A model generated the notes under the pieces. That model ran no database searches, was not told where the DNA came from, and saw nothing but the letters and a program-made list of their open reading frames with translations. Of a stretch of DNA of 64,000 bases, positions 10,457 through 24,066 are shown in pieces; the stretch's first letter is position 1; each line of letters begins with the position of its first letter. The translations under genes were made by a program, and so were the position numbers. This DNA comes from an uncultured Nitrospinota bacterium (GTDB lineage Bacteria; Tectomicrobia; Entotheonellia; J063; CAVPRW01), in contig CAVPRW010000018.1 in assembly GCA_963707985.1 (NCBI GenBank), positions 1 through 64,000 of the forward strand, read 5' to 3'.

Positions 10457-10655
10457 AGAAAAAAGCCCCGAAGTGCTGTTACGTTACCAGCTGCCCGGAG
10501 GACAAGGTCGGGCACTTCGGGGCTCGGTGATTGCTGGGATTCCGCAGACGTGATTCCCAGCCCACGGTGTAGCGGTCCTGTGATCCCGCCTACGTTACAA
10601 TCACCTCACATGTCCCAGGAATTTTTATCACTGGATCACCTCCTTTCTTGTGTAC
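10457..10655 (-). ncRNA. Candidate small structured RNA with 16S-complementary leader and 13-codon micro-ORF (10590-10631)
   Basis: Promoter TTGCAC-N17-TAATGT (10689-10661); AGAAAGGAGGTGATCCAG (10648-10631); hairpins; 13-bp stem followed by U6 terminator. Confidence 0.55.
10459..10524 (-). terminator. Intrinsic terminator-like stem with U-tract
   Basis: AGCCCCGAAGTGC (10464-10476) / GCACTTCGGGGCT (10512-10524) perfect 13-bp stem with a 35-nt loop; six T on the minus strand. Confidence 0.55.
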
Positions 10656-10720
10656 TTTCTACATTACGTCAGTTCGTCGCCGAGTGCAACAAAAAAAATG
10701 CTGACCTGAGGGGGATTGGA

Positions 10721-11089
10721 ATGGTGCCATTGCTCATCTATAAAAACCTTCACTTACTTGGCGTATTCATGATTTTGGTGGCATTGGGCGGGCTCATCCT
10801 ACAGCAAATCCAAGCGACAACTCGTGACCAGGTGTGGCGTAAGCCGGTGGCCATCACGCATGGAATTGGCATGGTGCTGGCGTTAGTGGGCGGATTTGGG
10901 ATGCTGGCACGTCTAGGGATCTTCTGGCCATGGCCAGGGTGGGTCATTGCGAAGATTATCATCTGGCTCGTGTTGGGCGTCCTCGTTGCCGTGATCGGGC
11001 GTGCCCCCGCGCTGGCCAAGCCATTATGGTGGATCACCATCGCGCTGGGAGCCATTGCCGCCTTTCTCGCCCTCAACAAGCCCTTTTGA
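10721..11089 (+). CDS. Four-TM membrane protein (SirB2-like)
   Basis: YKNLHLLGV..HGIGMVLALVGGFGMLARL..WVIAKIIIW; hydrophobic helices. Confidence 0.75.
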   Translation: MVPLLIYKNLHLLGVFMILVALGGLILQQIQATTRDQVWRKPVAITHGIGMVLALVGGFGMLARLGIFWPWPGWVIAKIIIWLVLGVLVAVIGRAPALAKPLWWITIALGAIAAFLALNKPF

Positions 11090-11099
11090 GTCGGGGCGA

Positions 11100-11355
11100 C
11101 GACCCTCCCATACCCTCTCTCTCCTCGAGGGTATGGGCGCCGGGATAAGTCCGAAAGCAAACAGTGATGCGCCATTTACCCCCTCTCCCAGTGGGAGAGG
11201 GCCGGGGTGAGTAAAGCCCAATCGCTCAATGATACCCTGCCGCCCTCACCCTAACCCTCTCCCGGAGGGAGAGGGAAAACTGTGTGGGCACTTACTCTGG
11301 TGCCTATGCCTCTCCTGGTGCCTATGCCTCTCAAGGGAGAGGGCTGGATGGGGGC
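11100..11355. repeat. Cluster of REP-like palindromes (CCCTCTCCC-N3-GGGAGAGGG type) plus an 18-bp tandem duplication
   Basis: Hairpins at 11181-11201 and 11255-11275 in inverted orientation, with degenerate flanking copies; CTGGTGCCTATGCCTCTC x2 at 11297-11332. Confidence 0.75.
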
Positions 11356-11392
11356 GTATTCAAGGAGGACAGTCTCCGCATCGGTGTGTCGC

Positions 11393-11923
11393 TCAATAGG
11401 TGATCAACGCTGTCACATCGCATCCTTGCAAGCGATTACGCCCACCGAGAAAGGCGAGCTCGACTAGGAAGGAGACCCCGACGATTTCTGCACCCAGTGT
11501 GTTCACCAGGTCGACCGAGGCGCGCATCGTGCCGCCGGTGGCCAGGAGGTCATCGACGATGATGACTCGCTGGCCTGGTTTGATGGCGTCGCGATGAATC
11601 TCCAACTCAGCACTGCCATATTCTAAATCATAGCTCAGGCGATGGGTGAGAAACGGCAATTTCCCCGGTTTACGTAGCGGGATTAGGCCAGTATTGAGGA
11701 TATAGGCGAGGGCCGAGGCAATGATAAAGCCGCGTGCTTCAATGCCGACGACGAGGTCGATATGGCGCCCCACGTACTGATGGGCCATGGCATCGATGGC
11801 AATTCTAAACGTGCGTGGGTCGTTGAGGAGGGGCGTGATGTCCTTAAAGATGATGCCTTTTTGTGGAAAATCAGGGATGTCACGAATCTTCTGCGCCAGC
11901 TCTTCTACAATCGCCATACTCAT
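11393..11923 (-). CDS. apt: Adenine phosphoribosyltransferase
   Basis: IRDIPDFPQKGIIFKDITPLL, EARGF, RKPGKLP, LEYG, VDDLLATGGT. Confidence 0.97.
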   Translation of the reverse strand: MSMAIVEELAQKIRDIPDFPQKGIIFKDITPLLNDPRTFRIAIDAMAHQYVGRHIDLVVGIEARGFIIASALAYILNTGLIPLRKPGKLPFLTHRLSYDLEYGSAELEIHRDAIKPGQRVIIVDDLLATGGTMRASVDLVNTLGAEIVGVSFLVELAFLGGRNRLQGCDVTALITY

Positions 11924-11965
11924 AGATGCCCTTTCATGACAACTCTGCAAAGTTGTTGGATCCCC

Positions 11966-12619
11966 TCATGGCAGCCAGCGTAGGGGGTCCATGAGCCGAC
12001 CATGCTGATGAACCTCGAAGTGCACGTGAGTGCCGGTGGCCCGGCCGGTATCGCCCATCAACGCTACAGTTTGTCCCCGCCGTACGCGCTCTCCCTGCCG
12101 TACGACATTGCGTTCGTTATGAGCGTAGACGGTGGTGAGGCCACTGCCGTGGTCGACCATCACCACGTTCCCATAGCCGTTGGGGCCGCGTCCACTAAAC
12201 AGGACCACGCCCTCATCCACCGCGACAATTGGTGCGCCGCGTTCGCCCGAGATGTCGATGCCACCGTGAAAACGCCCGCCTCGCATGCCAAAACCTGAGC
12301 TGATCAGCCCTTCGCTTGGCCATTGCAAACGGCGGTCGGGAACGAATCGGCTGGGCACGGCAAGCGTTGTGGCGCCGCTACCCCCCGTTCCTGGTGGCGA
12401 AGGGATCCAGATCGACTGCCCGACCTCGATGCGGTGCGGATCGACGAGCCGGTTCACCTGAGCTAAGGTCTGCCACGGGACTCCGTATAGACGCCCGATC
12501 GCGACGAGGGTTTCACCCGGACGTACAACATGATGGGTGCCAACGACGGCCTTCGCTGGTGTGGAAGGCGGGGAGCGCCCTGTCGAGCAGCTTAGCATCC
12601 CGAGAGCGCATGGGATCAA
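11966..12619 (-). CDS. LysM + M23 peptidase (NlpD-like) lipoprotein
   Basis: LysM (HVVRPGETLVAIGRLYGV); M23 motifs HGGID, YAH, HVHFEV. Confidence 0.9.
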   Translation of the reverse strand: MIPCALGMLSCSTGRSPPSTPAKAVVGTHHVVRPGETLVAIGRLYGVPWQTLAQVNRLVDPHRIEVGQSIWIPSPPGTGGSGATTLAVPSRFVPDRRLQWPSEGLISSGFGMRGGRFHGGIDISGERGAPIVAVDEGVVLFSGRGPNGYGNVVMVDHGSGLTTVYAHNERNVVRQGERVRRGQTVALMGDTGRATGTHVHFEVHQHGRLMDPLRWLP

Positions 12620-12773
12620 AAGCCAGAAGACTCGTATAGGTGGAATGGTGAGGTGGCGTCGGCGAGTCGTGGAAGAGGCAGACCACAGAAGAACGACAGA
12701 ACCGAGAAACCAGGACCGAGTGAAGGGCCTTTCTCACTCGGTCCTCAGTCTCCATCACTCAGTCCTGTGGTGG

Positions 12774-12852
<79 letters not shown>

Positions 12853-12933
12853 ACTCATGAGAGAGGTTTGAAAACCGACGGGAGGGAGTTCCCGCCTCAA
12901 TCCCCAGTGCTGATCAGCTCGTTCCATGGTCAT

Positions 12934-13009
<76 letters not shown>

Positions 13010-13057
13010 CCCTATAAAAAAACCGCTGAGGACCGAATGGTAAGCCTTCAAGATTTG

Positions 13058-13450
13058 CTATTCCATCCTCAGTTTTGTCTTACCCCCATGCCGGTTCAAC
13101 AGGGCCAGAAGGCCCCGTAATTCTTGACGGCACATCTTCAGCGCGGCAGACATATCACCGGGCGCTTTGACCGGAAACGACTTCTTCGGTGCTTGTTTAT
13201 GCCGCCGCTCCAGGAATTTCTTCGCCCCAGAGATCGTATACCGTTGCTCATAGAGCAATTTCTTGATCTCAATAATCAATTCGACATCACGCCGTTCGTA
13301 GACCCGCTGGCCCGCGTCATTCTTGCGGGGATGTAAGACACTGAATTCGGCTTCCCAGTAGCGTAGAATATGTGGTTTGATCCCGGTGATTTCCGATACA
13401 TCCCCAATACGATAAAAGAGCTTGTCCGGAAATCGGCTGTCCATATACAT
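13058..13450 (-). CDS. MerR family transcriptional regulator
   Basis: PDKLFYRIGDVSEITGIKPHILRYWEAEF; classic ihfA-merR-tRNA-Pro synteny. Confidence 0.93.
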   Translation of the reverse strand: MYMDSRFPDKLFYRIGDVSEITGIKPHILRYWEAEFSVLHPRKNDAGQRVYERRDVELIIEIKKLLYEQRYTISGAKKFLERRHKQAPKKSFPVKAPGDMSAALKMCRQELRGLLALLNRHGGKTKLRME

Positions 13451-13570
13451 TCGCCCGCAGGGCTACCTGCAACGTCCGGAACACCCTGACGCATCCACGC
13501 GGCCTGGGACATGATCATACTCCAGTTCGCGGTATACCGCAAGCAGGAGTATGACCTCCTCCTCGCACCC

Positions 13571-13858
13571 TTATGCACCCCCCCCGTCATTCACCATGTC
13601 CCGGAGGATCTTGCTGGGCTTGAACGTCATGACTTTCCGAGGTGCAATGGTGATCTCTTCACCGGTTTTGGGATTCCGCCCCACCCGCTCCTTCTTGGGA
13701 CGCACCAGGAAGCTCCCAAAGCCGACGATCTGCACCCGCTCCCCTTTTTGCAAGGCTTCCTTGAGCACATCCAAGGCAGCTTCGACCACCTCAGCCGACT
13801 CATGTCGCGAGAAGCCAATTTTTTCGTGCACCAAATCGATGATATCCGCCTTAATCAT
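13571..13858 (-). CDS. ihfA: Integration host factor subunit alpha
   Basis: MIKADII..GFGSF..RVGRNPKTGEEITIAPRKVMTFKPS. Confidence 0.9.
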   Translation of the reverse strand: MIKADIIDLVHEKIGFSRHESAEVVEAALDVLKEALQKGERVQIVGFGSFLVRPKKERVGRNPKTGEEITIAPRKVMTFKPSKILRDMVNDGGGA

Positions 13859-13960
13859 CGATCCTCCCCCCTCTTCGGTCCTCCTCTCAGCGCTTGCTCG
13901 CCCATCCCGAACGCCATCCTCCACCCCCACGACTCTATGGCGCCCGCAAACGCCCCTACG

Positions 13961-16057
13961 TTATTCTTTCTCCTCCTTCTCACGGGCTGCCTCGGCGATG
14001 ATGCGTTCAGCAAGATGAGGGGGAACCTCTTCGTAGTGCGAGAACTCCATCGTAAAATTGCCACGGCCCCCAGTCATCGACCGTAGATTGGATGCGTAGC
14101 GCAGCACCTCCGACATCGGCACTTGAGCCCGAATCACTTTGGTGTTACCCACGCCATCCATCCCCAAGACACGTCCGCGCCGCGAGTTCAAATCCCCGAT
14201 CACATCGCCCATGGTATCCTCGGGCACGGTGATTTCCATCGTCATGATGGGTTCGAGGAGCACGGGATCAGCCTGTATCACCCCCTTCTTGAAGCCCATG
14301 GACCCCGCGATCTTGAAGGCCATATCCGATGAGTCGACTGGGTGAAACGAACCATCGTACACCGTGACCCTCATATCCACCGCGGGATATCCAGCCAATG
14401 GACCACGTTCCATCGCCTCCTGCACGCCTTTTTCCACCGATGGAATGTAATTGCGCGGGATTGCGCCCCCCACGATCTTGTCGACGAATTCAAAGCCTCC
14501 ACTGCGGGGCAAGGGCTCGATTTCCAACCAACAATCACCATACTGCCCGCGCCCGCCAGATTGGCGTTTAAAGCGCCCTTGGACCTTCGTCGAGGAGCGA
14601 ATGGTCTCCTTATAGGGCACCCGAGGTGTCTTCATTTCCACGTCGCAACCGAACTTGCGGCGCAGCCGGTCCACCATCACCTCAAGGTGTTGCTCGCCCA
14701 AGCCCGACACCAACATTTCTCGGGTCTGGGGGTCGCGCCCGACATGCAACGTCGGATCTTCCTCGATTAACCTAGCCAGCCCTTGGCTTACCTTCTCCTC
14801 GTCAGCCTTGGACTTCGGTTCGACGGCAAATGAGATCGATGGCTTGGGGAATTCGATCGCGGGAAGAACGATAGGGTCCTTCTCATCGCACAGCGTATCG
14901 CCGGTGGCCGTGCTCCTGAGCTTGGCCACGGCCACGATATCCCCAACCGCGGCCTGCCCCACTGGGGTTTGGGTCTTGCCCTGCAACATGAAGACCTGGC
15001 CGATACGCTCACGCTCATCCCGTGTCGAGTTATAGACGGTTGAATCCGAGCTCAGCTGCCCGGAAAACACCCGAAACAGGTTAAGCTTGCCGGCATATGG
15101 ATCGGCGATGGTCTTAAACACCAGCGCCGCCAGCGGCTCTTTCTCCGAGGGCTGGCGCACCACGACATCCGTGGATCGAGGGCGCGTCCCCTCGACGGGC
15201 GGCCGCTCTAGCGGTGAAGGGAGGAAATCCACCACCAGATCCAGCAACGGCTGGATGCCGATATTGCGCAGCGCCGATCCTACCGCCAATGGGGCTAAAT
15301 CCCCCCGCAGGGTAGCGGCGCGCAAGGCAGTGCTGAGCTCCTCTGAGGAGAGCTCACCCTGTTCCAGATACTTCTCTAGGAGCTCGTCATTACTCTCGGC
15401 GACGCGCTCGATGAGTTGGCTTTGATACAGCTGCGCCAGCTCTTGGTGGGCATCGGGGATATCGGTCTCTTCCACGCTACCGCTGAGGTCATTACGATAG
15501 ACCAGGGCGCGCATGCGAATTAAATCGATCACGCCCTGTAATTGCCCCCCCTCACCCAGTGGCACTTGTACGGGGACGAGCTTATTGTCAAAGGCCTTCT
15601 GGCTGATGCTGAGCGCCTGGGAGAAATTTGCGCGTTCATGATCCATTTCGTTCATGAATACGATGCACGGCAGGCCGAATTGCGCTACCCATTGCCAGAC
15701 ATGCTCCGTCTGCGCTTTGACGCCAGATTCGGCGCTCACCAGCAGAACGGCACCATCGATGACCCGAAGTGCGCTGTGGGTATCGGCAATAAAGTTGGCC
15801 GCGCCCGGGGTATCGATGAGCGTGACTCGATGCCGCCGCCACTCGCAAAATCCGAGCGCAGCATTGATGCTGATGTGGCGCTTCATCTCATCAGCATCGT
15901 AGTCCATCGTTGTCGTGCCATCGTTTACCGTACCAAGCCGGGAAATCTCGCCGGTATCGAACAGAATCGCTTCCGTGAGCGAGGTCTTGCCGCCTCCATT
16001 GTGGGACAACAGGCCAACGTTTCGCACGTGGGTCCGTTCGAAATCCTTACTTTTCAT
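13961..16057 (-). CDS. fusA: Elongation factor G-like protein (EF-G2-type paralog)
   Basis: Five-domain EF-G: SHNGGGKT, RHISI, DTPG, GLGEQHLE, QSGGRGQYG, FHPVDSS, LLEPIM; outside the str operon. Confidence 0.92.
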   Translation of the reverse strand: MKSKDFERTHVRNVGLLSHNGGGKTSLTEAILFDTGEISRLGTVNDGTTTMDYDADEMKRHISINAALGFCEWRRHRVTLIDTPGAANFIADTHSALRVIDGAVLLVSAESGVKAQTEHVWQWVAQFGLPCIVFMNEMDHERANFSQALSISQKAFDNKLVPVQVPLGEGGQLQGVIDLIRMRALVYRNDLSGSVEETDIPDAHQELAQLYQSQLIERVAESNDELLEKYLEQGELSSEELSTALRAATLRGDLAPLAVGSALRNIGIQPLLDLVVDFLPSPLERPPVEGTRPRSTDVVVRQPSEKEPLAALVFKTIADPYAGKLNLFRVFSGQLSSDSTVYNSTRDERERIGQVFMLQGKTQTPVGQAAVGDIVAVAKLRSTATGDTLCDEKDPIVLPAIEFPKPSISFAVEPKSKADEEKVSQGLARLIEEDPTLHVGRDPQTREMLVSGLGEQHLEVMVDRLRRKFGCDVEMKTPRVPYKETIRSSTKVQGRFKRQSGGRGQYGDCWLEIEPLPRSGGFEFVDKIVGGAIPRNYIPSVEKGVQEAMERGPLAGYPAVDMRVTVYDGSFHPVDSSDMAFKIAGSMGFKKGVIQADPVLLEPIMTMEITVPEDTMGDVIGDLNSRRGRVLGMDGVGNTKVIRAQVPMSEVLRYASNLRSMTGGRGNFTMEFSHYEEVPPHLAERIIAEAAREKEEKE

Positions 16058-16273
16058 AACCACCTCCTTAGAAGCGTCCCCCGAAGTCAGCGGTGTGGCA
16101 AGACCTCAAAGACCAGTTCCATCCCTTGAAAAATGAGTGCGCATCAACAGTTACGGGTGTCAAACATATCACCTCTGCTGATTTTTGTCAAGCGAGGTCA
16201 TCACGGTACCCGAGCCGCCAAAGGGCAGATGACGCGGGTTGGAGAGGCGGTGCCGCACTCACCACCAGAAGCC

Positions 16274-17596
16274 TCAAGAACGGTGACGGGGTTGAAACAG
16301 AAGTTTGAGTGGAGCCCCCTCGAATCCGAACTTGTCCCGCAGTTGATGTTCCAAATAGCGTATAAACGCTGGAGTGAGGCTTTCGGGGTAGTTCACGAAG
16401 GCAATGATCGTTGGCGGTTCAACCGCAATCTGGGTAGCATAGAACAGCTTCAGCTCACGTCCACGCCGATCGTGCGGCGGCCGACGTGACCACGCTTGCT
16501 GGAGGCAGTCGTTGACGGCCGAGGTGAGCAGGCGCTTCTGGTAGGCTTGGGCAATGCTTTGAATCGTCGGGAAGATGCGCTCCAAGCGCTGGCCAGTAAG
16601 TGCCGACACGAACAAGACCGGGCTGTACCCCAGCGAGCCCAGGCGCTGCCGAATCGCGGTTTCGCGCTGCGTGAACGAGGATTGGGGCCCGCTTCCCCCT
16701 ACCAAGTCGGCTTTATTGACCAGAATCAGCGATGCCCTTCCCATACGATAAATATAGTTGGCCAGTCGGGCGTCTTGATCAGTGAGCCCTTCCGCTGCAT
16801 CGAGCACCAGCAGGGCCACCTGACAGCGCCGAATGCTCTGCAGGCTCTGGGCCACGCTGCGCCATTCCAGGCGGGCCTCGATACGTGCCTTGCGGCGCAT
16901 ACCCGCGGTATCAATCAGCACAAAAGTCTGCGTGCCCCAGGTCACCAAGGTGTCCACCGCATCGCGCGTCGTACCGGGAACCGGGCTGACAATGAGCCGT
17001 GGTGTCCCCAACAGGGTATTGATCAAGGTCGATTTTCCAACGTTCGGTCGGCCCACCACGGCGACACGAATAGCCTGCTCAGGAGCCTCACCTGCGGTCA
17101 AGCCGGGTAGACGCTCGACAATGGCATCGAGGAGCTCTCCCACACCGCGCCCATGTTCGGCCGATATCGGAAGCAAGGGTTCGATACCCAACGTATAAAA
17201 TTCGGCGGCGTAAGGTTCATGGTCGCGGTGATCGAGTTTATTCACCACCAGGAGCAACGGTTTCTGGCTACGGCGTAGCATGGCTACGACGTCGATGTCT
17301 GTCGACACCAGACCAGCCCTGCCATCGACCACGAAGATGATAAGGTCGGCTTCCTCGATAGCCTGCTCAGCTTGCTCGCGGACCTTTCGCGGGATTTCTT
17401 CCTCCAGCATGGGCTCGAACCCACCAGTATCAACGAGCGTGAAGGTCTGCCCGCGCCATTCGGTATCGGCATATAAGCGATCACGAGTGACCCCTGGAGT
17501 CGGGTCCACGATGGCCTGCCGCGTCCCCACGAGCCGATTGAAGAGTGTGGATTTCCCAACATTGGGACGGCCAACAATGGCGATGACGGGTTTCAT
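16274..17596 (-). CDS. der: Ribosome biogenesis GTPase Der (EngA)
   Basis: Two GRPNVGKS G-domains, DTGG/DTAG, KH-like C-terminus. Confidence 0.97.
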   Translation of the reverse strand: MKPVIAIVGRPNVGKSTLFNRLVGTRQAIVDPTPGVTRDRLYADTEWRGQTFTLVDTGGFEPMLEEEIPRKVREQAEQAIEEADLIIFVVDGRAGLVSTDIDVVAMLRRSQKPLLLVVNKLDHRDHEPYAAEFYTLGIEPLLPISAEHGRGVGELLDAIVERLPGLTAGEAPEQAIRVAVVGRPNVGKSTLINTLLGTPRLIVSPVPGTTRDAVDTLVTWGTQTFVLIDTAGMRRKARIEARLEWRSVAQSLQSIRRCQVALLVLDAAEGLTDQDARLANYIYRMGRASLILVNKADLVGGSGPQSSFTQRETAIRQRLGSLGYSPVLFVSALTGQRLERIFPTIQSIAQAYQKRLLTSAVNDCLQQAWSRRPPHDRRGRELKLFYATQIAVEPPTIIAFVNYPESLTPAFIRYLEHQLRDKFGFEGAPLKLLFQPRHRS

Positions 17597-17605
17597 CTGT
17601 GGCCC

Positions 17606-21433
<3,828 letters not shown>

Positions 21434-21593
21434 CCTGATTCTCCCGAGCTATTCCCTGATCATGAGTTCCAAACTGTGCAGCCATCGGCCTGTCTGACGC
21501 ATGCTGGCCGCAAACGGTGACGTGGCCATCTATAGTACCGGTCAATGGATCATACTGCAAGCGTCGAATATAAAAACGGGAAAGCGCCCGTCC

Positions 21594-22457
21594 TTAGGAC
21601 TTTTCGAGGTCGCGGTGGGTCAGCGTGAGCTGGTACCCTCGCCCTTGTAGGTGTTGATGGAGCAAGTTTCCCAGGGCTACCGAGCGATGACGGCCACCTG
21701 TGCAGCCGAGGGCGATGGTGAGATAGGCCTTGCCTTCGCGTTCATAGTGCGGCAGAAGAAAGTCGATAAACTCGAAACAGCGTTTCAGAAAATCCTGTGT
21801 CGCCTGCGAGGCCAGCACGTAATCCGCGACGGATTGATCGTTGCCACTGCCAGCCCGCAGATGTTCCACAAAGTGCGGATTGGGCAGGAAGCGGACATCG
21901 AATACCAGATCCGCATTGAAGGGGAGGCCATATTTATAGCCGAATGACAGGACCGAGATGGTCATACGCCGCGAAGGATTCACTGCTGTGTACCACGAGG
22001 CTAGGGCCGCGCGCAACTGGTGGACGTTGTAATCCGAGGTGTCAATGATGCGGTCCGCGGTGGCTCGTAACCCGCCGAGTGCGTGGCGTTCGAGCGTGAT
22101 GGCTTCAGGCACAGGCACCTGTTCTGCCAGCGGGTGTTTCCGACGAGTTTCGCTGTACCTCCGGGCGAGCACTTCATCGCGCGCCTCCAGGAACAGAATT
22201 TCGCAGGCGAAACCTGCCTGCCGAAGCGCACTGATTTGGGCTGGAAACGAGATCGGGAAATCTCGATCTCGAATATCGATGCCGAGTGCGATGCGCCGAA
22301 TGTCCCCGGCATGCGCACATAGCTCAGCGAAGGTGGGGAGCAACACCGTGGGCAGGTTATCGATGCAGTAAAAGCCCAGGTCCTCAAAGCACTTGATCGC
22401 AACGCTCTTGCCAGAGCCCGAAAGGCCAGTGACGATGACGATTTGCGTATCCCTCAT
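21594..22457 (-). CDS. rapZ: RNase adapter RapZ
   Basis: TGLSGSGKS, DNLP, RYSETRRKHP, FDVRFLPNP, GCTGGRHRSV. Confidence 0.96.
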   Translation of the reverse strand: MRDTQIVIVTGLSGSGKSVAIKCFEDLGFYCIDNLPTVLLPTFAELCAHAGDIRRIALGIDIRDRDFPISFPAQISALRQAGFACEILFLEARDEVLARRYSETRRKHPLAEQVPVPEAITLERHALGGLRATADRIIDTSDYNVHQLRAALASWYTAVNPSRRMTISVLSFGYKYGLPFNADLVFDVRFLPNPHFVEHLRAGSGNDQSVADYVLASQATQDFLKRCFEFIDFLLPHYEREGKAYLTIALGCTGGRHRSVALGNLLHQHLQGRGYQLTLTHRDLEKS

Positions 22458-22605
22458 GATGATTATTCCTCGTCACGTCGAGCCAGGGCCACCTTATCTC
22501 TCCACGACACCGATGCGCTCACACCGACGGACTCTTGCGCCCTCTCTCCCCATCCCTCTCCGTCGAGAGCGATGGGCCGGGATGGAAGGCAATAGCTCGC
22601 CGCCT

Positions 22606-24066
22606 TTAGACTGGGACATCGCTGATGCGCTTACGGCGATTGGCCGGCGGGAGCTTCAGCTCGCGCCGGTACTTGGTCACGGTGCGGCGGGCGATCTTGA
22701 CATTTTCCGCAGCCAACACCTCGACGAGTTGCTGATCGGTGAGGGGTTTTCCCGGATCCTCTGCCGCCACCAACTTCTTGATGCGGTCCTTCACGGTGAG
22801 TGACGACATGGTGTCGCCGCCATACAATTCGATACCGCTGTGGAAGAAATACTTCAACTCGAAGATGCCCTGCTCCGTGTACATGTATTTGTTGGTCGTG
22901 ACGCGGCTCACCGTCGATTCATGCATGCCGATGTCTTCGGCCACGTCCTTGAGCACTAGCGGCTTCAAGTGGGCCAGGCCATGATCGAGAAACTCACGTT
23001 GAAATTTCACCAAGCTGGTCGCCACTTTGTACAGCGTCTGACGACGTTGTTCGATGCTGCGGATCAGCCAGACGGCGGAGCGCAGTTTCTCGTCCAGGTA
23101 ATGCTTAGCATCAGGCTCTTCCAGCTTGCCCTCGCGGAGCATGCGCCTGTAGGTGGCACTGATACGCAATCGTGGAATGCCTTCGTCGTTGAGGACCACC
23201 TGGTAATCATCTCCTACCTTCATGATGACTACATCCGGCACAATATCCTCTGCTGGTTCGCTGGTAAATTGCTGTCCAGGACTGGGATCGAGGGTCTTGA
23301 GGATATGTAGCGCCATGGTGACTTCTTCGTTGGAGAGGTTCAGGGCTTTGGTCAACTCTCTAGTCACACTCATCAGATATTGTGCGCCACGCTCCTGCAG
23401 CTTCGGCAAATATTCCGAGATGAGTGTCTCAAGTAATGAACCTTCGAGACCCAGGAAGCGGACCTGGATCAACAAGCACTCGCGCAAATCGCGGGCACCG
23501 ATTCCTGTAGGATCGAAGGTCTGGATGATGGACAGGACGCGCGTCACCGTGGCATGGTCGGCCTCGCTGGCGGTGACGGCCTCATCCAACTCGCAGCGCA
23601 AATAGCCCTCATCATCGATGTTCCCGATGAGGAATGCCCCGATACGCCGCTCCATCTCATCCGTGGTAGTCATCATCAGTTGCGCTAACAAATGCTCGCT
23701 CAGCGTCGTGGGGGTACGGGCGGTATTTTCGTAGGAGAATCGCTCCTCATACTCTTCGGAGGGTAAACCTTTCCATTCCCAATCCTCGGGAAAATATTCT
23801 TGCCAATTGATTTCATACAGTTCTTTACCATCCGCCACGGTGTCGGCTGCTTCGTCGGGACTTGGAGTGTCCTCCTCCTCAGCCGGCGTCTCACCATCCT
23901 CGGCAAGCGCTACCTCTTCCAACATGGGGTTTTCCGTGAGCTCCTGCCGAATGGCCTGGACGAGTTCGAGGCGAGCCATGGGCAGCAGCTTGATCGCTTG
24001 CTGCAACGCTTGCGTCATGACAAGTTTTTGCGTTTGTTTTAGCGAGAGTTTGGTTTCGAGACCCAT
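22606..24066 (-). CDS. rpoN: RNA polymerase sigma-54 factor
   Basis: LQQAIKLL region I, HESTVSR HTH, RpoN box ARRTVTKYR. Confidence 0.97.
   Translation of the reverse strand: MGLETKLSLKQTQKLVMTQALQQAIKLLPMARLELVQAIRQELTENPMLEEVALAEDGETPAEEEDTPSPDEAADTVADGKELYEINWQEYFPEDWEWKGLPSEEYEERFSYENTARTPTTLSEHLLAQLMMTTTDEMERRIGAFLIGNIDDEGYLRCELDEAVTASEADHATVTRVLSIIQTFDPTGIGARDLRECLLIQVRFLGLEGSLLETLISEYLPKLQERGAQYLMSVTRELTKALNLSNEEVTMALHILKTLDPSPGQQFTSEPAEDIVPDVVIMKVGDDYQVVLNDEGIPRLRISATYRRMLREGKLEEPDAKHYLDEKLRSAVWLIRSIEQRRQTLYKVATSLVKFQREFLDHGLAHLKPLVLKDVAEDIGMHESTVSRVTTNKYMYTEQGIFELKYFFHSGIELYGGDTMSSLTVKDRIKKLVAAEDPGKPLTDQQLVEVLAAENVKIARRTVTKYRRELKLPPANRRKRISDVPV

Noticed and set aside
10631..10648. 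16S rRNA gene fragment
   Set aside because: Only the last 18 nt match. The upstream helix 44/45 sequence (GTAACAAGGTAGCCGTA) is absent.
11297..11332. CRISPR-like repeat
   Set aside because: Two adjacent 18-bp copies with no spacer; no array or cas genes in the window.
21434..21593. SAM riboswitch upstream of metK-ahcY
   Set aside because: No SAM-I, SAM-II or SAH consensus recognisable by eye; an Infernal search would be needed.
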